In this document: piece by piece, positions 37,445 to 47,951 of the stretch
Layout: each line of letters opens with the position of its first letter
Numbering within the stretch: position 1 is the first letter of the stretch
Assembly: GCA_963847605.1 (NCBI GenBank)
Contig: CAWKAM010000043.1
Coordinates: 7,636 to 71,635, forward strand
DNA length: 64,000 nucleotides
Source of the DNA: an uncultured delta proteobacterium
GTDB taxonomy: Bacteria; Desulfobacterota; Desulfomonilia; UBA1062
Reading direction: 5' to 3'
Translations under genes and position numbers: made by a program
The notes under the pieces: model-generated
Databases searched by the model: none
The model's input: the letters and a program-made list of their open reading frames with translations, nothing else
What the model was told of the DNA's origin: nothing

Positions 37445-39928
37445 ATGGTGACGGATGATTACAAACCTCAGGAGATAGAGGCCAAGTGGCAGAAACGCTG
37501 GGAAGACGACAAGCTCTTCAAGGTGCACGTCGATAATACAAAGCAAAAGTACTATCTCCTTGAGATGTTCCCCTATCCTTCGGGACGCATTCACATGGGC
37601 CACGTACGCAACTACACTATCGGTGACGTGGTGGCGCGCTACAAGAAGATGAAGGGGTTCAATGTGCTGCACCCCATGGGATGGGATGCCTTTGGCATGC
37701 CTGCCGAGAATGCGGCCATTGCAAGCGGCGTGCACCCCAAAAAATGGACCTATGAGAATATGGCGTATATGAAGGTCCAGCTTAAACGAATGGGCTTCAG
37801 TTATGACTGGGACCGTGAGATAGCCACATGCGATCCGGACTACTACCAGTGGGAGCAGCTCTTCTTCATCCAGATGTTCGAGAAGGGCCTTGTCTATAAA
37901 GACCGCACCTTTTTGAACTGGTGCGACAGCTGCAAAACCGTGCTCGCCAATGAGCAAGTGGAAGACGGGGCGTGCTGGCGCTGCGGCACCCAGGTTTACC
38001 TTCGGGAATACGACCAGTGGTTCTTCAGGATCACTCAGTACGCCCAAGAGCTTTTAGACAACATTGAACGACTCAAAGGGGGATGGCCCGAGCGCGTGCT
38101 CATTATGCAGAAAAACTGGATCGGCAGGAGCACAGGCTCACTCATAAGATTTCAAATCGAAGGAACCACAGAGGACATAGAGGTCTTCACAACCAGGCCC
38201 GATACACTCTACGGAGCAACCTTCATGAGCATCGCACCTGAGCATCCCCTGGCCAAGACACTGTCCAAGGGCACGGATCAGGAACGAGCAGTGAAGGCAT
38301 TCGTGGAGAAGACCCTCAAGGAGGACAAGATTACCCGCACATCGGATTCGTATGAAAAGGAAGGTGTGTTTACGGGCAAATACTGCATCAACCCGCTCAC
38401 CGGCTTCAAGATGCCTATCTATGTGGCAAACTTCGTGCTCTACGACTACGGCACCGGGGCGGTCATGGCGGTTCCCTCCCACGACCAGCGCGACTTTGAG
38501 TTTGCCAAGAAATACGGGCTTACCATCATTGTGGTCATCCAGCCCGAAGACGAGGAACTCAAGGCTCAAACCATGGAGGCGGCCTACGAGGGCGAGGGCG
38601 TGTTGGTGAATTCCGGCAGCCACAACGGCATGAAGAACACCGATGCCATGCCGGCCATCACGGAGCACCTCTTTAAGGTAGGCAGGGGCGAGACCACGGT
38701 GAACTTTCGCCTACGCGACTGGGGCATCTCAAGACAGCGCTACTGGGGAGCACCCATCCCGGTTGTGCACTGCGAGAAGTGCGGGACGGTCCCGGTTAAG
38801 AAAGAGGACCTGCCCATCATTCTTCCGGAAGATGTTAAGCTTACGGGTACGGGCGAATCGCCCATAGCACACGTGGAATCCTTCGTGAATACCACCTGTC
38901 CGTGCTGCGGGGGTAAGGCCAAACGGGAGATTGACACCATGGACACCTTTGTGGAGTCGTCTTGGTACTTCATCCGTTACTGCAGTCCGAATCACAAAGA
39001 CAAGGCATTCGATGCCAAGGAAGTGGCCTACTGGATGCCGGTTGATCAGTACATCGGCGGCATCGAACACGCCATCCTGCACCTCATGTACTCGCGGTTC
39101 TACACCATGGTGCTCCGCGACCTCGGATATGTGGGTTTCGACGAACCATTTGACCGGCTGCTCACCCAGGGCATGGTCATCAAGGACGGCGCCAAGATGT
39201 CAAAGTCCAAGGGCAATGTTGTGGATCCTGAAGACATGATAAGGCGCTACGGTGCTGATGCAACAAGGCTCTTCACCCTCTTTGCCGCTCCCCCGGAAAA
39301 GGACATGGACTGGAGCGACCAGGGGATTGAGGGTACTTACCGGTTCTTGACCCGGCTCTGGCGTCTCGCAATGGATATCAAGGACATGCAGGGTTCATCA
39401 ATGATCAGCCAGATCCCGGCATCCGTTGAGCCAATCATGAGAAAGACCAATCAGACCATCCGGAAGGTCACCGAGGACATAGACAAGCGTTTCCGATTCA
39501 ATACAGCCATTGCCGCCATGATGGAACTCATCAACGAGCTCTACAAGGCAAAAGAAATGGTAAAGAACAAAGACGAAACAGCAGTGCTGAAGCATTCTCT
39601 CGAACAGCTGCTTATCCTGCTCTCACCTTTTGTGCCACATATAGCCGATGAGCTGTGGGAGGCCATGGGGTTGACCGGACAGCTCTTCGACCACCCTTGG
39701 CCGGAATACAATCCCGTTTGGGCTCAGAGTTCGGAAGTCACCATCGCAGTTCAGGTAAACGGTAAGTTGAGAGCCACCATTGAAGTACCTAAAGATGCAG
39801 AGCAGGCCCTTGTGCAAACTACTGCTCTTTCAGACGTAAACGTTAAGCGTTTCATTGAGAGCGCATCCATACGGAAGGTCATCTATGTCCCGAACAAGAT
39901 CATTAATATTATTGTCGCTGCTGGTTAG
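37445..39928 (+). CDS. leuS: leucine--tRNA ligase
   Basis: The HIGH motif is [11 protein letters not shown] and the KMSKS motif is KMSKSKGN. The length of 827 aa fits LeuS. Confidence 0.97.
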   Translation: MVTDDYKPQEIEAKWQKRWEDDKLFKVHVDNTKQKYYLLEMFPYPSGRIHMGHVRNYTIGDVVARYKKMKGFNVLHPMGWDAFGMPAENAAIASGVHPKKWTYENMAYMKVQLKRMGFSYDWDREIATCDPDYYQWEQLFFIQMFEKGLVYKDRTFLNWCDSCKTVLANEQVEDGACWRCGTQVYLREYDQWFFRITQYAQELLDNIERLKGGWPERVLIMQKNWIGRSTGSLIRFQIEGTTEDIEVFTTRPDTLYGATFMSIAPEHPLAKTLSKGTDQERAVKAFVEKTLKEDKITRTSDSYEKEGVFTGKYCINPLTGFKMPIYVANFVLYDYGTGAVMAVPSHDQRDFEFAKKYGLTIIVVIQPEDEELKAQTMEAAYEGEGVLVNSGSHNGMKNTDAMPAITEHLFKVGRGETTVNFRLRDWGISRQRYWGAPIPVVHCEKCGTVPVKKEDLPIILPEDVKLTGTGESPIAHVESFVNTTCPCCGGKAKREIDTMDTFVESSWYFIRYCSPNHKDKAFDAKEVAYWMPVDQYIGGIEHAILHLMYSRFYTMVLRDLGYVGFDEPFDRLLTQGMVIKDGAKMSKSKGNVVDPEDMIRRYGADATRLFTLFAAPPEKDMDWSDQGIEGTYRFLTRLWRLAMDIKDMQGSSMISQIPASVEPIMRKTNQTIRKVTEDIDKRFRFNTAIAAMMELINELYKAKEMVKNKDETAVLKHSLEQLLILLSPFVPHIADELWEAMGLTGQLFDHPWPEYNPVWAQSSEVTIAVQVNGKLRATIEVPKDAEQALVQTTALSDVNVKRFIESASIRKVIYVPNKIINIIVAAG

Positions 39929-40358
39929 CCTGGTCTCCTGCAGATACGGCTTTGTCCTGGAGGGGACTGAAGGCGGCAAGAAGATCGCCCTGGACCCGAG
40001 CACGAACAAGACCCACCTGCGGGAGGCGGGCATTGTGCTGGATACCTATCTAGAACAGTCGCTGGCCTCTATGGGCATGCTCTCACCCAAGGATCCCAAA
40101 CAGAGACTCGAGTGTTCCATGGTCTCCTCTACCAGTGGGCGTATCACATCGGCTTCGCTCAAGTCAGGAGACCGATACCGGCTGACCATCAGCGTGCTCG
40201 CAACGCTGCGTGATGCATCGGGCAAGGTCCTCTGGCAAAACACCTTCTCCGATACCGGGACATTCTCGGAAGGCGGCCAGGACGAAGATGCCCTGGATGA
40301 GGCCTGCAGACAAGTCTCTCTTCAGATCGCACGGGCCCTGGCAGCACTGAGGATATGA
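39885..40358 (+). CDS. lptE: LPS-assembly lipoprotein LptE-like
   Basis: The lipobox is LLVSLVSC. The size is about 157 aa, and the gene sits between leuS and holA as in Proteobacteria. ATG at 39885 is preceded by GGAAGG. Sequence similarity itself was not assessed. Confidence 0.6.
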   Translation: MSRTRSLILLSLLVSLVSCRYGFVLEGTEGGKKIALDPSTNKTHLREAGIVLDTYLEQSLASMGMLSPKDPKQRLECSMVSSTSGRITSASLKSGDRYRLTISVLATLRDASGKVLWQNTFSDTGTFSEGGQDEDALDEACRQVSLQIARALAALRI

Positions 40359-41347
40359 GCGCACAGAAATCCAAAAAACCATTTCTCAATGCCGTTTTTA
40401 TAGGCCAGGAAACATTCCTCATGGAAGAGGAGCTCTCATGCCTGAAGAATCGGCTCGGCGAGAATGCATCAATGAACTGGGCGGTCTTCAATGCCGAAGA
40501 AGGACCGGCTATGGATGAAGTCATAAGCCTGTGCAACACCATGCCCTTCCTCTCTGATAGAAGGGTCATTATAATCAGGAACGGCCACAAGCTCACTGCA
40601 AAACAGACGGACCAGGTTATTACATACCTTGATAACCCGTGTGAGACCACCATGCTTATTTTGGTCATGGAGGCGGAAAAAACGGATAAAGATCTCGCAA
40701 AGCTCTTAAAAAGGTTCGACGGCATGGCGGAAATCGACCGGTTCGAGTCCATAAAGAACAGATCCGAGCGCATAGCCTGGATCATGGACAGGGCGCTCCT
40801 TCATGGAAAGAAGATCGACAAGGATGCCGCTGTGCTGCTTGCCGAGATGGCAGGGAGCAGCATGTGGTATCTTGATAGTGAAATTCAAAAGCTCTGCCTG
40901 TATGTGGCTGATAATCCATCCATCATCACAAAGGATGTCCATGAAGTCGTCATGCGCACGCTTGAGCCCGCCATTTTCGCCTTCCTTGATGCGCTGTTCG
41001 ACCGGAAAAAAGATACCCTCTCAAGGCTCTATGATCTGGAACTTACCGGGATCGCCGAGCTTGAGATCATCAGCAGGATAGAAAACCAGATCATCAATCA
41101 CTACGTCGTACTTTCCGGCAGGGACTGGAAAAAGATGAAGATACACGATTTTATTGCAGACAAGGCCATGAGGCGCAAGTCCCTCTGGAGCATGGCTCAA
41201 CTCTTATCCCTTCTTAAGGATGTCCGTCAGATAGAACAAAGGCTCAAATCGAGCTCAATCGTTCATGTATATGCCGCCCTTGCCGAAGTGATCGGGCGGC
41301 TTGTGCTGCCCCCCAGGAATGAGGGGAGGATACTTGGCAGGTTTTAA
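40355..41347 (+). CDS. holA: DNA polymerase III subunit delta
   Basis: The size, the N-terminal pattern (FLMEEE...LSDRRVIIIRNGHKL) and conserved synteny after lptE support the call. Confidence 0.85.
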   Translation: MSAQKSKKPFLNAVFIGQETFLMEEELSCLKNRLGENASMNWAVFNAEEGPAMDEVISLCNTMPFLSDRRVIIIRNGHKLTAKQTDQVITYLDNPCETTMLILVMEAEKTDKDLAKLLKRFDGMAEIDRFESIKNRSERIAWIMDRALLHGKKIDKDAAVLLAEMAGSSMWYLDSEIQKLCLYVADNPSIITKDVHEVVMRTLEPAIFAFLDALFDRKKDTLSRLYDLELTGIAELEIISRIENQIINHYVVLSGRDWKKMKIHDFIADKAMRRKSLWSMAQLLSLLKDVRQIEQRLKSSSIVHVYAALAEVIGRLVLPPRNEGRILGRF

Positions 41348-41350
41348 GCT

Positions 41351-41617
41351 TTAGGAGAGCTGGGCATTCACCATCTTGGTCAGGCGGGAGATCTTCCGGG
41401 ATGCGGTTCTCCTGTGGAGAGCCCCCTTGCTCACGGCGCTGTCCAGGCGGGCGACGGCTTCACGGTACAACTCACGTGCCTTATCTGTTTCTTTCTCGCT
41501 CACAGAGGAGAATATCTTCTTTATTGTGGTATTAATAACGGACTTGTGGCCCCTGTTCCTCAAGCGCCGCTTCTCACTCTGTCGCTGCCTCTTCAGGGCT
41601 GAAGCATGGTTAGCCAT
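41351..41617 (-). CDS. rpsT: 30S ribosomal protein S20
   Basis: MANHASALKRQRQSEKRRLRNRGHKS is a typical S20 N-terminus. Confidence 0.95.
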   Translation of the reverse strand: MANHASALKRQRQSEKRRLRNRGHKSVINTTIKKIFSSVSEKETDKARELYREAVARLDSAVSKGALHRRTASRKISRLTKMVNAQLS

Positions 41618-41735
41618 TAACTTTTATCCTCCTTTGTATCACAGCTACGAGGTGAATCTTAATATATGGGCTGCACATTTCTGTCAAGGCCTTTATGGCC
41701 GGTAGGGAACTGCCGCGACCGTTCCTTAATCGGTA

Positions 41736-42698
41736 TTATATACGAAGGCATGCAACAAAGTGCCCGGCTTCGGCCTCCTTCAGCTCCGGCTGTGCATGAG
41801 TGCATTCTTCATCTTCTATTGGACATGTAGCCCTGTATGTGCATCCGCCTTCGATCCGTACAGGGACGAACCCTGCACCCACCTGTGTCGGACTCAATGC
41901 ATGGTCCTGGAGTTCCGCACCGGGCACTGCGGCCATCAGGCACTTTGTGTACGGGTGCAGGGGGTTATCAAAAATTCTCCCCGCTTTTGCAAGCTCTACG
42001 ATCCGCCCCTTATACATGACGGCTATGCGATGAGACAAATAGCCCACAACGGCAAGGTCATGGGAGATAAACAAGTACGACAGTTTAAATTGTGCCTGGA
42101 GATCCGTCAGGAGGTTAATAACCTGGGCCTGGATTGAAACATCCAGAGCAGAGACCGGCTCGTCACAGATAATAAGCTTCGGTTTGATGGCCAATGCCCT
42201 GGCAATACAGATTCTCTGCCTCTGCCCGCCCGAGAACTCATGAGGATAGCGGCCCAGTATATCAGGGCTTAATCCAACCATCTCAAGCAGTTGTACGGCT
42301 CGATCCCTGATCTCGGCCCTGGTCATAGTCTTGTGAACGATCATGGGCTCTTCAATAATGGACCTCACCTTTTTCCTTGGATTCAAAGAGCCGAAGGGGT
42401 CCTGGAAGACTACCTGCATACCCTTGCGGACCTTGCGGAGCATTTCTCCCTTTGCCTGTATGACATCCGTCCCGTCAAAGATGATCCTGCCTTTATCCGG
42501 GGTTTCAAGCCTTAAGATCAGCTTGCCTAATGTAGTCTTCCCGCACCCAGACTCCCCCACAAGCCCCAAGGTCTCTTCCGGCCATAGGTCGAGATCTACG
42601 CCGTTGACTGCCTGAACTTGTCCGATCGACTTTCCAAAGGCCCCTGATCGGATAGGGAAAGACTTCATGAGCCCCTGTACGGCAAGGAGAGGATTCAT
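41736..42698 (-). CDS. oligopeptide/dipeptide-type ABC transporter ATP-binding protein (OppF/DppF-like)
   Basis: Walker A is GESGCGKTT, the signature is FSGGQRQR and Walker B is LIICDEP. A C-terminal oligopeptide-ABC extension carries Cys residues. Confidence 0.9.
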   Translation of the reverse strand: MNPLLAVQGLMKSFPIRSGAFGKSIGQVQAVNGVDLDLWPEETLGLVGESGCGKTTLGKLILRLETPDKGRIIFDGTDVIQAKGEMLRKVRKGMQVVFQDPFGSLNPRKKVRSIIEEPMIVHKTMTRAEIRDRAVQLLEMVGLSPDILGRYPHEFSGGQRQRICIARALAIKPKLIICDEPVSALDVSIQAQVINLLTDLQAQFKLSYLFISHDLAVVGYLSHRIAVMYKGRIVELAKAGRIFDNPLHPYTKCLMAAVPGAELQDHALSPTQVGAGFVPVRIEGGCTYRATCPIEDEECTHAQPELKEAEAGHFVACLRI

Positions 42699-43735
42699 GC
42701 CTCCTTGTACCTCCAGCAGCTCACCTCTCGGCCCTCAGAAGGGTAAAAAATCGGAGGAAATTCCACCCTGCAGATGTCCATAACTTCAGGGCACCTGGGG
42801 TTAAACGTGCATCCCAAGGGCATATCCTTGAACGTAGGTACATTACCCGGGATGGCATAGAGCCTTTCGCCCCTGAAGCCTGCGCTGAGCCTTGGTACGG
42901 ATTTCATAAGCCCTTTCGTGTAGGGGTGCAAAGGCTCTGAAAATACCGCAGGAGCTTGAGCGTATTCCACCACATGGCCCGTATACATGACAGCCACATC
43001 CTGGCATACCTGTGCAACAACGCCAAGGTCATGGGTCACCAGGATGATGGATGTGCCTATCTCCTCCTTCAGATCGTTCATGAGGCACAGGATCTGTGCC
43101 TGGGTGGTTACGTCCAGGGCGGTGGTGGGCTCATCGGCAATAAGCAGCATTGGCCTGCATGCCATGGCCATGGCGATCATAACCCGCTGGCACATGCCTC
43201 CGCTGAGCTGGTGGGGATAATCTCCAATCCTCTTTTGGGCTTCAGGTATGCCGACCATGTTCAACATGCTTACTGCGATCTCAAGGGCCTGTTTTTTTGT
43301 ACCCGCCCGCCGGCTTTGGTGCAAAAGGATCACCTCGGCAATCTGAGAGCCTATGGTGAACACCGGGTTCAGGGAGGTCATGGGTTCCTGGAAGATCATG
43401 GAGATCTTATTACCTCGAATGGACCGCATCCTATCCTCGTCAAGACCCATGAGGTCGATGCCCTGGAACATGATGCTGCCTTTAGTAATCTTTCCAGGCG
43501 GATCAGCCACCAGCCGCAGAATGGACAGGGCAAGCACCGTTTTACCACAACCGGATTCGCCCACGATGCCGAGTGTATGCCCGGCCTTCAGTGCCAGGTC
43601 AACACCGTCTACGGCCTTCACAACACCTTCGGGGGTAAAAAAAGATGTATGCAGGTCCTTAATTTCCAGGAGGTTTTCCCCCTGCTCTATCCGGGATAGC
43701 ATATCAAGTCCTGCAGTAGCGCTCTTAGTGGCCAT
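42695..43735 (-). CDS. oligopeptide/dipeptide-type ABC transporter ATP-binding protein (OppD/DppD-like)
   Basis: Walker A is GESGCGKTV, the signature is LSGGMCQR and Walker B is [12 protein letters not shown]. The stop overlaps the start of the next gene (ATGA). Confidence 0.9.
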   Translation of the reverse strand: MATKSATAGLDMLSRIEQGENLLEIKDLHTSFFTPEGVVKAVDGVDLALKAGHTLGIVGESGCGKTVLALSILRLVADPPGKITKGSIMFQGIDLMGLDEDRMRSIRGNKISMIFQEPMTSLNPVFTIGSQIAEVILLHQSRRAGTKKQALEIAVSMLNMVGIPEAQKRIGDYPHQLSGGMCQRVMIAMAMACRPMLLIADEPTTALDVTTQAQILCLMNDLKEEIGTSIILVTHDLGVVAQVCQDVAVMYTGHVVEYAQAPAVFSEPLHPYTKGLMKSVPRLSAGFRGERLYAIPGNVPTFKDMPLGCTFNPRCPEVMDICRVEFPPIFYPSEGREVSCWRYKEA

Positions 43736-43836
43736 TTAGCTCATTCCCTATGGCAGACATATCTTGCCTTGTAAAATATAACAGATTCCCTGCCTTCACG
43801 ATACAATCAGTCACTATCCCAAGGAATGGTTCATTC

Positions 43837-44274
43837 TCAGAACAGCACCTTCGTACCACCGCTCTCACAGAGAAAGTGAATCTGGCTGAGAGCTTCCTTC
43901 ATTCGGATTGCCTTTGCTACCTCATCATACAGCTTCTCTTCAATCGGCTCCACCGTGGAGACAGGCCTTTTGTCATGGCTGAAACCGTTCCGAAGAGATC
44001 GGACATGGCCGGCCACCACCGCATAGCCGCATCCGGCAAGCCCGCAACATGACCGGTCCGTTACTGCATATCCGACAAGGTACAGGATCTTGCCTGTTCT
44101 ATGGTCGAGTTCTTCTTCTTTTATGAAGAGATAATGGCCTCCAATCGCATCAACTCCTACCCCAAGTAAAGGATGTACAAATTTCACTGTCTCTCCCTTT
44201 ATGACTTTCCCATGTCCTTTCTCATAGATGACCATATCTTCAGTGATGTCAAGCCGATCATCGTGTTGCCACAA
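43837..44274 (-). CDS. hypothetical protein with a Cys cluster (CCGLAGCGY)
   Basis: This 145-aa ORF is in operon-like orientation upstream of the ABC ATPase pair. I recognised no family. Confidence 0.45.
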   Translation of the reverse strand: MWQHDDRLDITEDMVIYEKGHGKVIKGETVKFVHPLLGVGVDAIGGHYLFIKEEELDHRTGKILYLVGYAVTDRSCCGLAGCGYAVVAGHVRSLRNGFSHDKRPVSTVEPIEEKLYDEVAKAIRMKEALSQIHFLCESGGTKVLF

Positions 44275-44396
44275 TGCATTCCATGATTGTTATCTCTTGA
44301 TAATCCGGTTAAAGTTTGTATCCCGCTCCACCGATGAACCATATATCATGGCCTATGAAGGGTGCTGTACTATCCTCGGAAAGGTTTTGTTGAGAG

Positions 44397-45431
44397 ATGA
44401 GCTTATTTGACAAGTTCTTCGGGCGTAATAAGGCATCCAAAGAGATTGCTGTCTGCGAAGCAGCACTGGAGAAGCGCCCGAATGATACCATGATCCTCAA
44501 GAAGCTTGGGGACTTATACAACCAGGCGAACAATATCAAGAGCGCCTCCGATGTATATGTCCGCCTCGGTGAGATCTACAGTGAGAAAGGGTTCTACCCC
44601 AAGGCCATTGCTCTGTACAAACAGGCCATCAAAATAAACCCATCCTGGGAAGGGCCGTATGAGAAGCTTGCCGATCTCTACCAGGTGCAGGGATTTTCCC
44701 GGGAGGCAGCCACCCAGTATGTCAAGCTTGCTGAGATGCTCGAAAAGAACGGGGACAGTGTAGAGGCCACGATGTATATGCAAAAGGCCGCAGAGCTCGA
44801 CCCGGCCGTCACCCAAATGAACAAGAAGGTCCAATCCTTCAAGGTGAAGGAAAAGGCCATGACGGAATCCATTCCCAAGGCCGTTCTCAAGCCTGATCTG
44901 GAACGTACTGATTTCTATGATCTTAACAAGGAACTAGACAAGCAACTGGAAAAGGAAATAGAGGAGTTCTCCATCGATGAGACTTTCGAGGATACTGTTG
45001 ATACCACCGGGGTAGAGTCCGTATTCAAAGCCATCGAGGAAAACACACCAAAGGAAGCTAAAGATGACCCTCTATTCCAATACAATATGGGCCTTGCCTA
45101 CCGGGAAACAGGACTGCTGGATGAGGCCGTCGAGGCCTTTAAAAAGGTGATCGGTACAGGCGAGAAACTCTACGATGCCTATGTCATGCTCGGGGTAACC
45201 TGTCGGGAAAAGGGCCTTTTCAATGAGTCTCTTGATGCGCTTCGGCAGGCGGTATCCCTGGAAGAGGCATCTACGGAAATGAAAGTCGGGATCCTTTACG
45301 AGACCGCACAGACGTATAAGGCCCTGGGAGATAATCTGAATGCCTTATCCATCTTCAGAGAGATTCAGAAAGAGCACAAGGAATTCAAAGATGTCGAGCT
45401 TGAAATAATCCGCCTGGCGGGTGGAGGATAA
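44397..45431 (+). CDS. tetratricopeptide-repeat protein (first gene of the MglA-like module)
   Basis: TPR units are present at both ends (AIALYKQAIKINPSWEGPYEKLADLY; AVEAFKKVIGTGEKLYDAYVMLGVTC) around an acidic linker. Confidence 0.75.
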   Translation: MSLFDKFFGRNKASKEIAVCEAALEKRPNDTMILKKLGDLYNQANNIKSASDVYVRLGEIYSEKGFYPKAIALYKQAIKINPSWEGPYEKLADLYQVQGFSREAATQYVKLAEMLEKNGDSVEATMYMQKAAELDPAVTQMNKKVQSFKVKEKAMTESIPKAVLKPDLERTDFYDLNKELDKQLEKEIEEFSIDETFEDTVDTTGVESVFKAIEENTPKEAKDDPLFQYNMGLAYRETGLLDEAVEAFKKVIGTGEKLYDAYVMLGVTCREKGLFNESLDALRQAVSLEEASTEMKVGILYETAQTYKALGDNLNALSIFREIQKEHKEFKDVELEIIRLAGGG

Positions 45432-45432
45432 T

Positions 45433-46449
45433 ATGGCCGTTATCAACTATTCAAAAAAGGAAATCTCCGCGAAGATCGTCTATTATGGCCCTTCCCTCTG
45501 TGGAAAGACCACAAACATCCAGTCTATTTATGCCAGTATCAAGCCTGATCAAAAGGGTAAGCTTGTGTCACTGGCAACCGAGGCCGACCGTACTCTGTTC
45601 TTCGACTTCCTACCCATAGAGATTGCAAACATCCGTGGGTTCAAAACCAGGCTCCACTTCTATACCGTCCCCGGCCAGGTATATTACAATTCCACACGAA
45701 GGGCCGTGCTCACCGGTGTCGACGGCCTTGTATTCGTCGCCGACTCTCAGCGGGACAAGATGGAAGAAAACATCGAAAGCCTGAACAACTTGGAAGAGAA
45801 CCTCAATTACTACGGGAAGAGTATCAAGACGATACCGATTGTGATCCAGTATAACAAAAGGGATCTTGCGGATGTACCTCCAATTGCCGAAATGGAGCAG
45901 ATCATCAATCCCTATGGATACCCATCGTTCGAGTCGGTGGCCACTACCGGAGAAGGTGTTCTGGATACGCTCACCAAGATCACGAAAATGGTTCTCCAGC
46001 ATATCGAGATGGGAACGAGCGGCAAGCAGCAGCGCTCTACACCAACGCCTCCAGAAAGACCTTCCGTTTCTCCAGGGCTGTCCCAACCAGGCCGGGCCCA
46101 GCCAGGCATGCCTCAGGTCGAAATATCGCAACCGGGCTTATCCCCTCATGGCGCAACACAACCCGGCCCGTCCCAGCCTCCTGCATCACCAAAGGCGCAG
46201 GAACCCTCTCCTGCGAGGCAAATGGAGCCGACCCTAGATCTGTCCAGGTTTAATGAACCAGAGCCTCCTTCGGGTGAACCCGTGTCAAAGTCCGTTATAG
46301 GCAGGATTCAGATTGTGGGCACAGATAATGCAGAAATTATCTCGACAAACGCTATCAGCATTCCAATACGGATAAAATTTGAGGGTGACATGAAGGTGTA
46401 CAAGATGGACCTGGCCATCAAGCTTGATGGCTTCAAACCCGAGGATTAA
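45433..46449 (+). CDS. MglA-like Ras-superfamily small GTPase with a ~145-aa Pro-rich C-terminal extension
   Basis: INYSKKEISAKIVYYGPSLCGKTTN, DRTLFFDFLP, FYTVPGQVYY, GLVFVADSQ and QYNKRDL closely track Myxococcus MglA. ATG at 45433 is preceded by GGAGG. Confidence 0.85.
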   Translation: MAVINYSKKEISAKIVYYGPSLCGKTTNIQSIYASIKPDQKGKLVSLATEADRTLFFDFLPIEIANIRGFKTRLHFYTVPGQVYYNSTRRAVLTGVDGLVFVADSQRDKMEENIESLNNLEENLNYYGKSIKTIPIVIQYNKRDLADVPPIAEMEQIINPYGYPSFESVATTGEGVLDTLTKITKMVLQHIEMGTSGKQQRSTPTPPERPSVSPGLSQPGRAQPGMPQVEISQPGLSPHGATQPGPSQPPASPKAQEPSPARQMEPTLDLSRFNEPEPPSGEPVSKSVIGRIQIVGTDNAEIISTNAISIPIRIKFEGDMKVYKMDLAIKLDGFKPED

Positions 46450-46462
46450 GGGTGTGTAAGCA

Positions 46463-47950
46463 GTGTCTATGCTCACGGGGATACTGCCGATAACCTTTCT
46501 CAATAGGGTTCCCTTATCTTGGCCCGTCATCAGTACAATCCTTGGGGATAGTTACTTTTTTGTCATTGCAACAACACTTTTGACCATCTTCCTTATCGGG
46601 GTATGTCTGCTCATCAAGTACTCACCCCTCATGTTCAATGACCTTAAGAACTTCACCAATAATGAGATGCCGGACAAAGGCATCGTCTTATGGATAGTCT
46701 TTATCCTGCTCATACCTCTGTTCTTCAATGTCGGCCCCATGTTGCTCCTTCTCTGGTGGCTCTTCCTGCTGTGGGGGTACATGATCCCTGCTGAAAAGCG
46801 GATCACCTTCTTCTTCGTGTTCCTGACCCTCATGTCCAGCTGGATTGCACATGTAGGGGCGGGTTTCATCACCTACACTGAAAACCAGCTTAACCTGCAG
46901 ATCTATACTACCGAACACAAGATAGCAAATGAAGCGGATACCGCTCAAATATCCTCATGGATCAAGACTCATCCTGATGATGCAGAACCCATGAACGCCA
47001 TGGCACTTATTGAGATTAATAGGTCGAATTATAGTGATGCCATCAAGCTCCTCAACCAGGGAATCGATCTGGAACCCAACAATCCAAGGTTCTACAATCA
47101 CCTGGGCATCTCATATCTCGGCTCGGGGAAAAGCAAAGAAGCATTGAAGTCATTCCAAAACGCCATATCGCTCATGCCTGATAACATGGTCTACCATTAC
47201 AACCTAAGCAGGCTCTACCAATCGACCTATAACTTCTATGAAGGGGAAAAGGCCATTGCCACTGCAAGCGGTCTTGATGCAGATGGGGTAAGGCGCCTTC
47301 TGGACGTAGAAAATGCTGCAGGAAGGACTCTGTATATCCAGGAATACACTCCCCTGTTGCTTCAACTCGCACGGCAGATGAGACCTTCACAGGATCTAAA
47401 GGCCGCTGCCGACGCCCTGTGGACTTTTGCCTATGGCCTGTTTCCGAGAAAGGCGTCCGTTTTTCTGGCAATAGGAAGTTTCCTCATCTTCATTATGTTA
47501 AGCTACATCCCTGATGACAAGTTCACCAAGCAGTGCAGCCGATGTGGAAAGCTGTATTATTCCGGCACCAAAACAAAAACCGGCAGCCCCATATGCCTCC
47601 AGTGCCATTGGATTGATGTGAAAACAAAGAAACAGCAAGGAAGCATACTGCACCATAAGACCGAAGAGATCAGAAAATATAAGACATACAGTTATCTGAA
47701 ACTGCTTCGGCTTGAGCTTATGCTGCCGGGTCTAGGCTCATTCCTGACCAACAAGACGGGTATCGGTCTGATCCGCATCGTCGTCTTAAGCGCTTCTCTC
47801 ATGGCTATCCTAACCGGTGGACAGTTCATCATCTCTTTCATTCAGGTTCAAGTAGAGTTCACTACGATCGTCAGGATCACCGGTGTTATCTCCTTGGTGT
47901 TACTCTTGACAAGGGCTTACAAAGCCCCTCCAATCAGGTACGGGGTGTAA
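46463..47950 (+). CDS. polytopic membrane protein with a central TPR region and a zinc-ribbon-like CxxC...CxxC
   Basis: About 4-5 N-terminal TM helices are followed by TPR units (AIKLLNQGIDLEPNNPRFYNHLGISY; ALKSFQNAISLMPDN). CSRCGKLYY...ICLQCHW is present, and there are more TM helices at the C-terminus. Confidence 0.7.
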   Translation: MSMLTGILPITFLNRVPLSWPVISTILGDSYFFVIATTLLTIFLIGVCLLIKYSPLMFNDLKNFTNNEMPDKGIVLWIVFILLIPLFFNVGPMLLLLWWLFLLWGYMIPAEKRITFFFVFLTLMSSWIAHVGAGFITYTENQLNLQIYTTEHKIANEADTAQISSWIKTHPDDAEPMNAMALIEINRSNYSDAIKLLNQGIDLEPNNPRFYNHLGISYLGSGKSKEALKSFQNAISLMPDNMVYHYNLSRLYQSTYNFYEGEKAIATASGLDADGVRRLLDVENAAGRTLYIQEYTPLLLQLARQMRPSQDLKAAADALWTFAYGLFPRKASVFLAIGSFLIFIMLSYIPDDKFTKQCSRCGKLYYSGTKTKTGSPICLQCHWIDVKTKKQQGSILHHKTEEIRKYKTYSYLKLLRLELMLPGLGSFLTNKTGIGLIRIVVLSASLMAILTGGQFIISFIQVQVEFTTIVRITGVISLVLLLTRAYKAPPIRYGV

Positions 47951-47951
47951 C

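Noticed and set aside
37220-38047. A 275-aa ORF on the minus strand lies inside leuS. Similar long antisense ORFs occur at 42956..43699 (in the oppD-like gene), 49945..50715 (in recJ), 55786..56481 (in the ntrC-like gene), 27364..28089 (in mnmE), 17943..18608 (in the secretin gene), 52129..52770 (in nfeD) and 60443..61057 (in murJ).
   Set aside because: Each lies entirely antisense to a gene with strong family motifs. Their translations are low-complexity (rich in R/H/G/L) with no recognisable motif. They are typical shadow ORFs of moderately GC-rich coding DNA.
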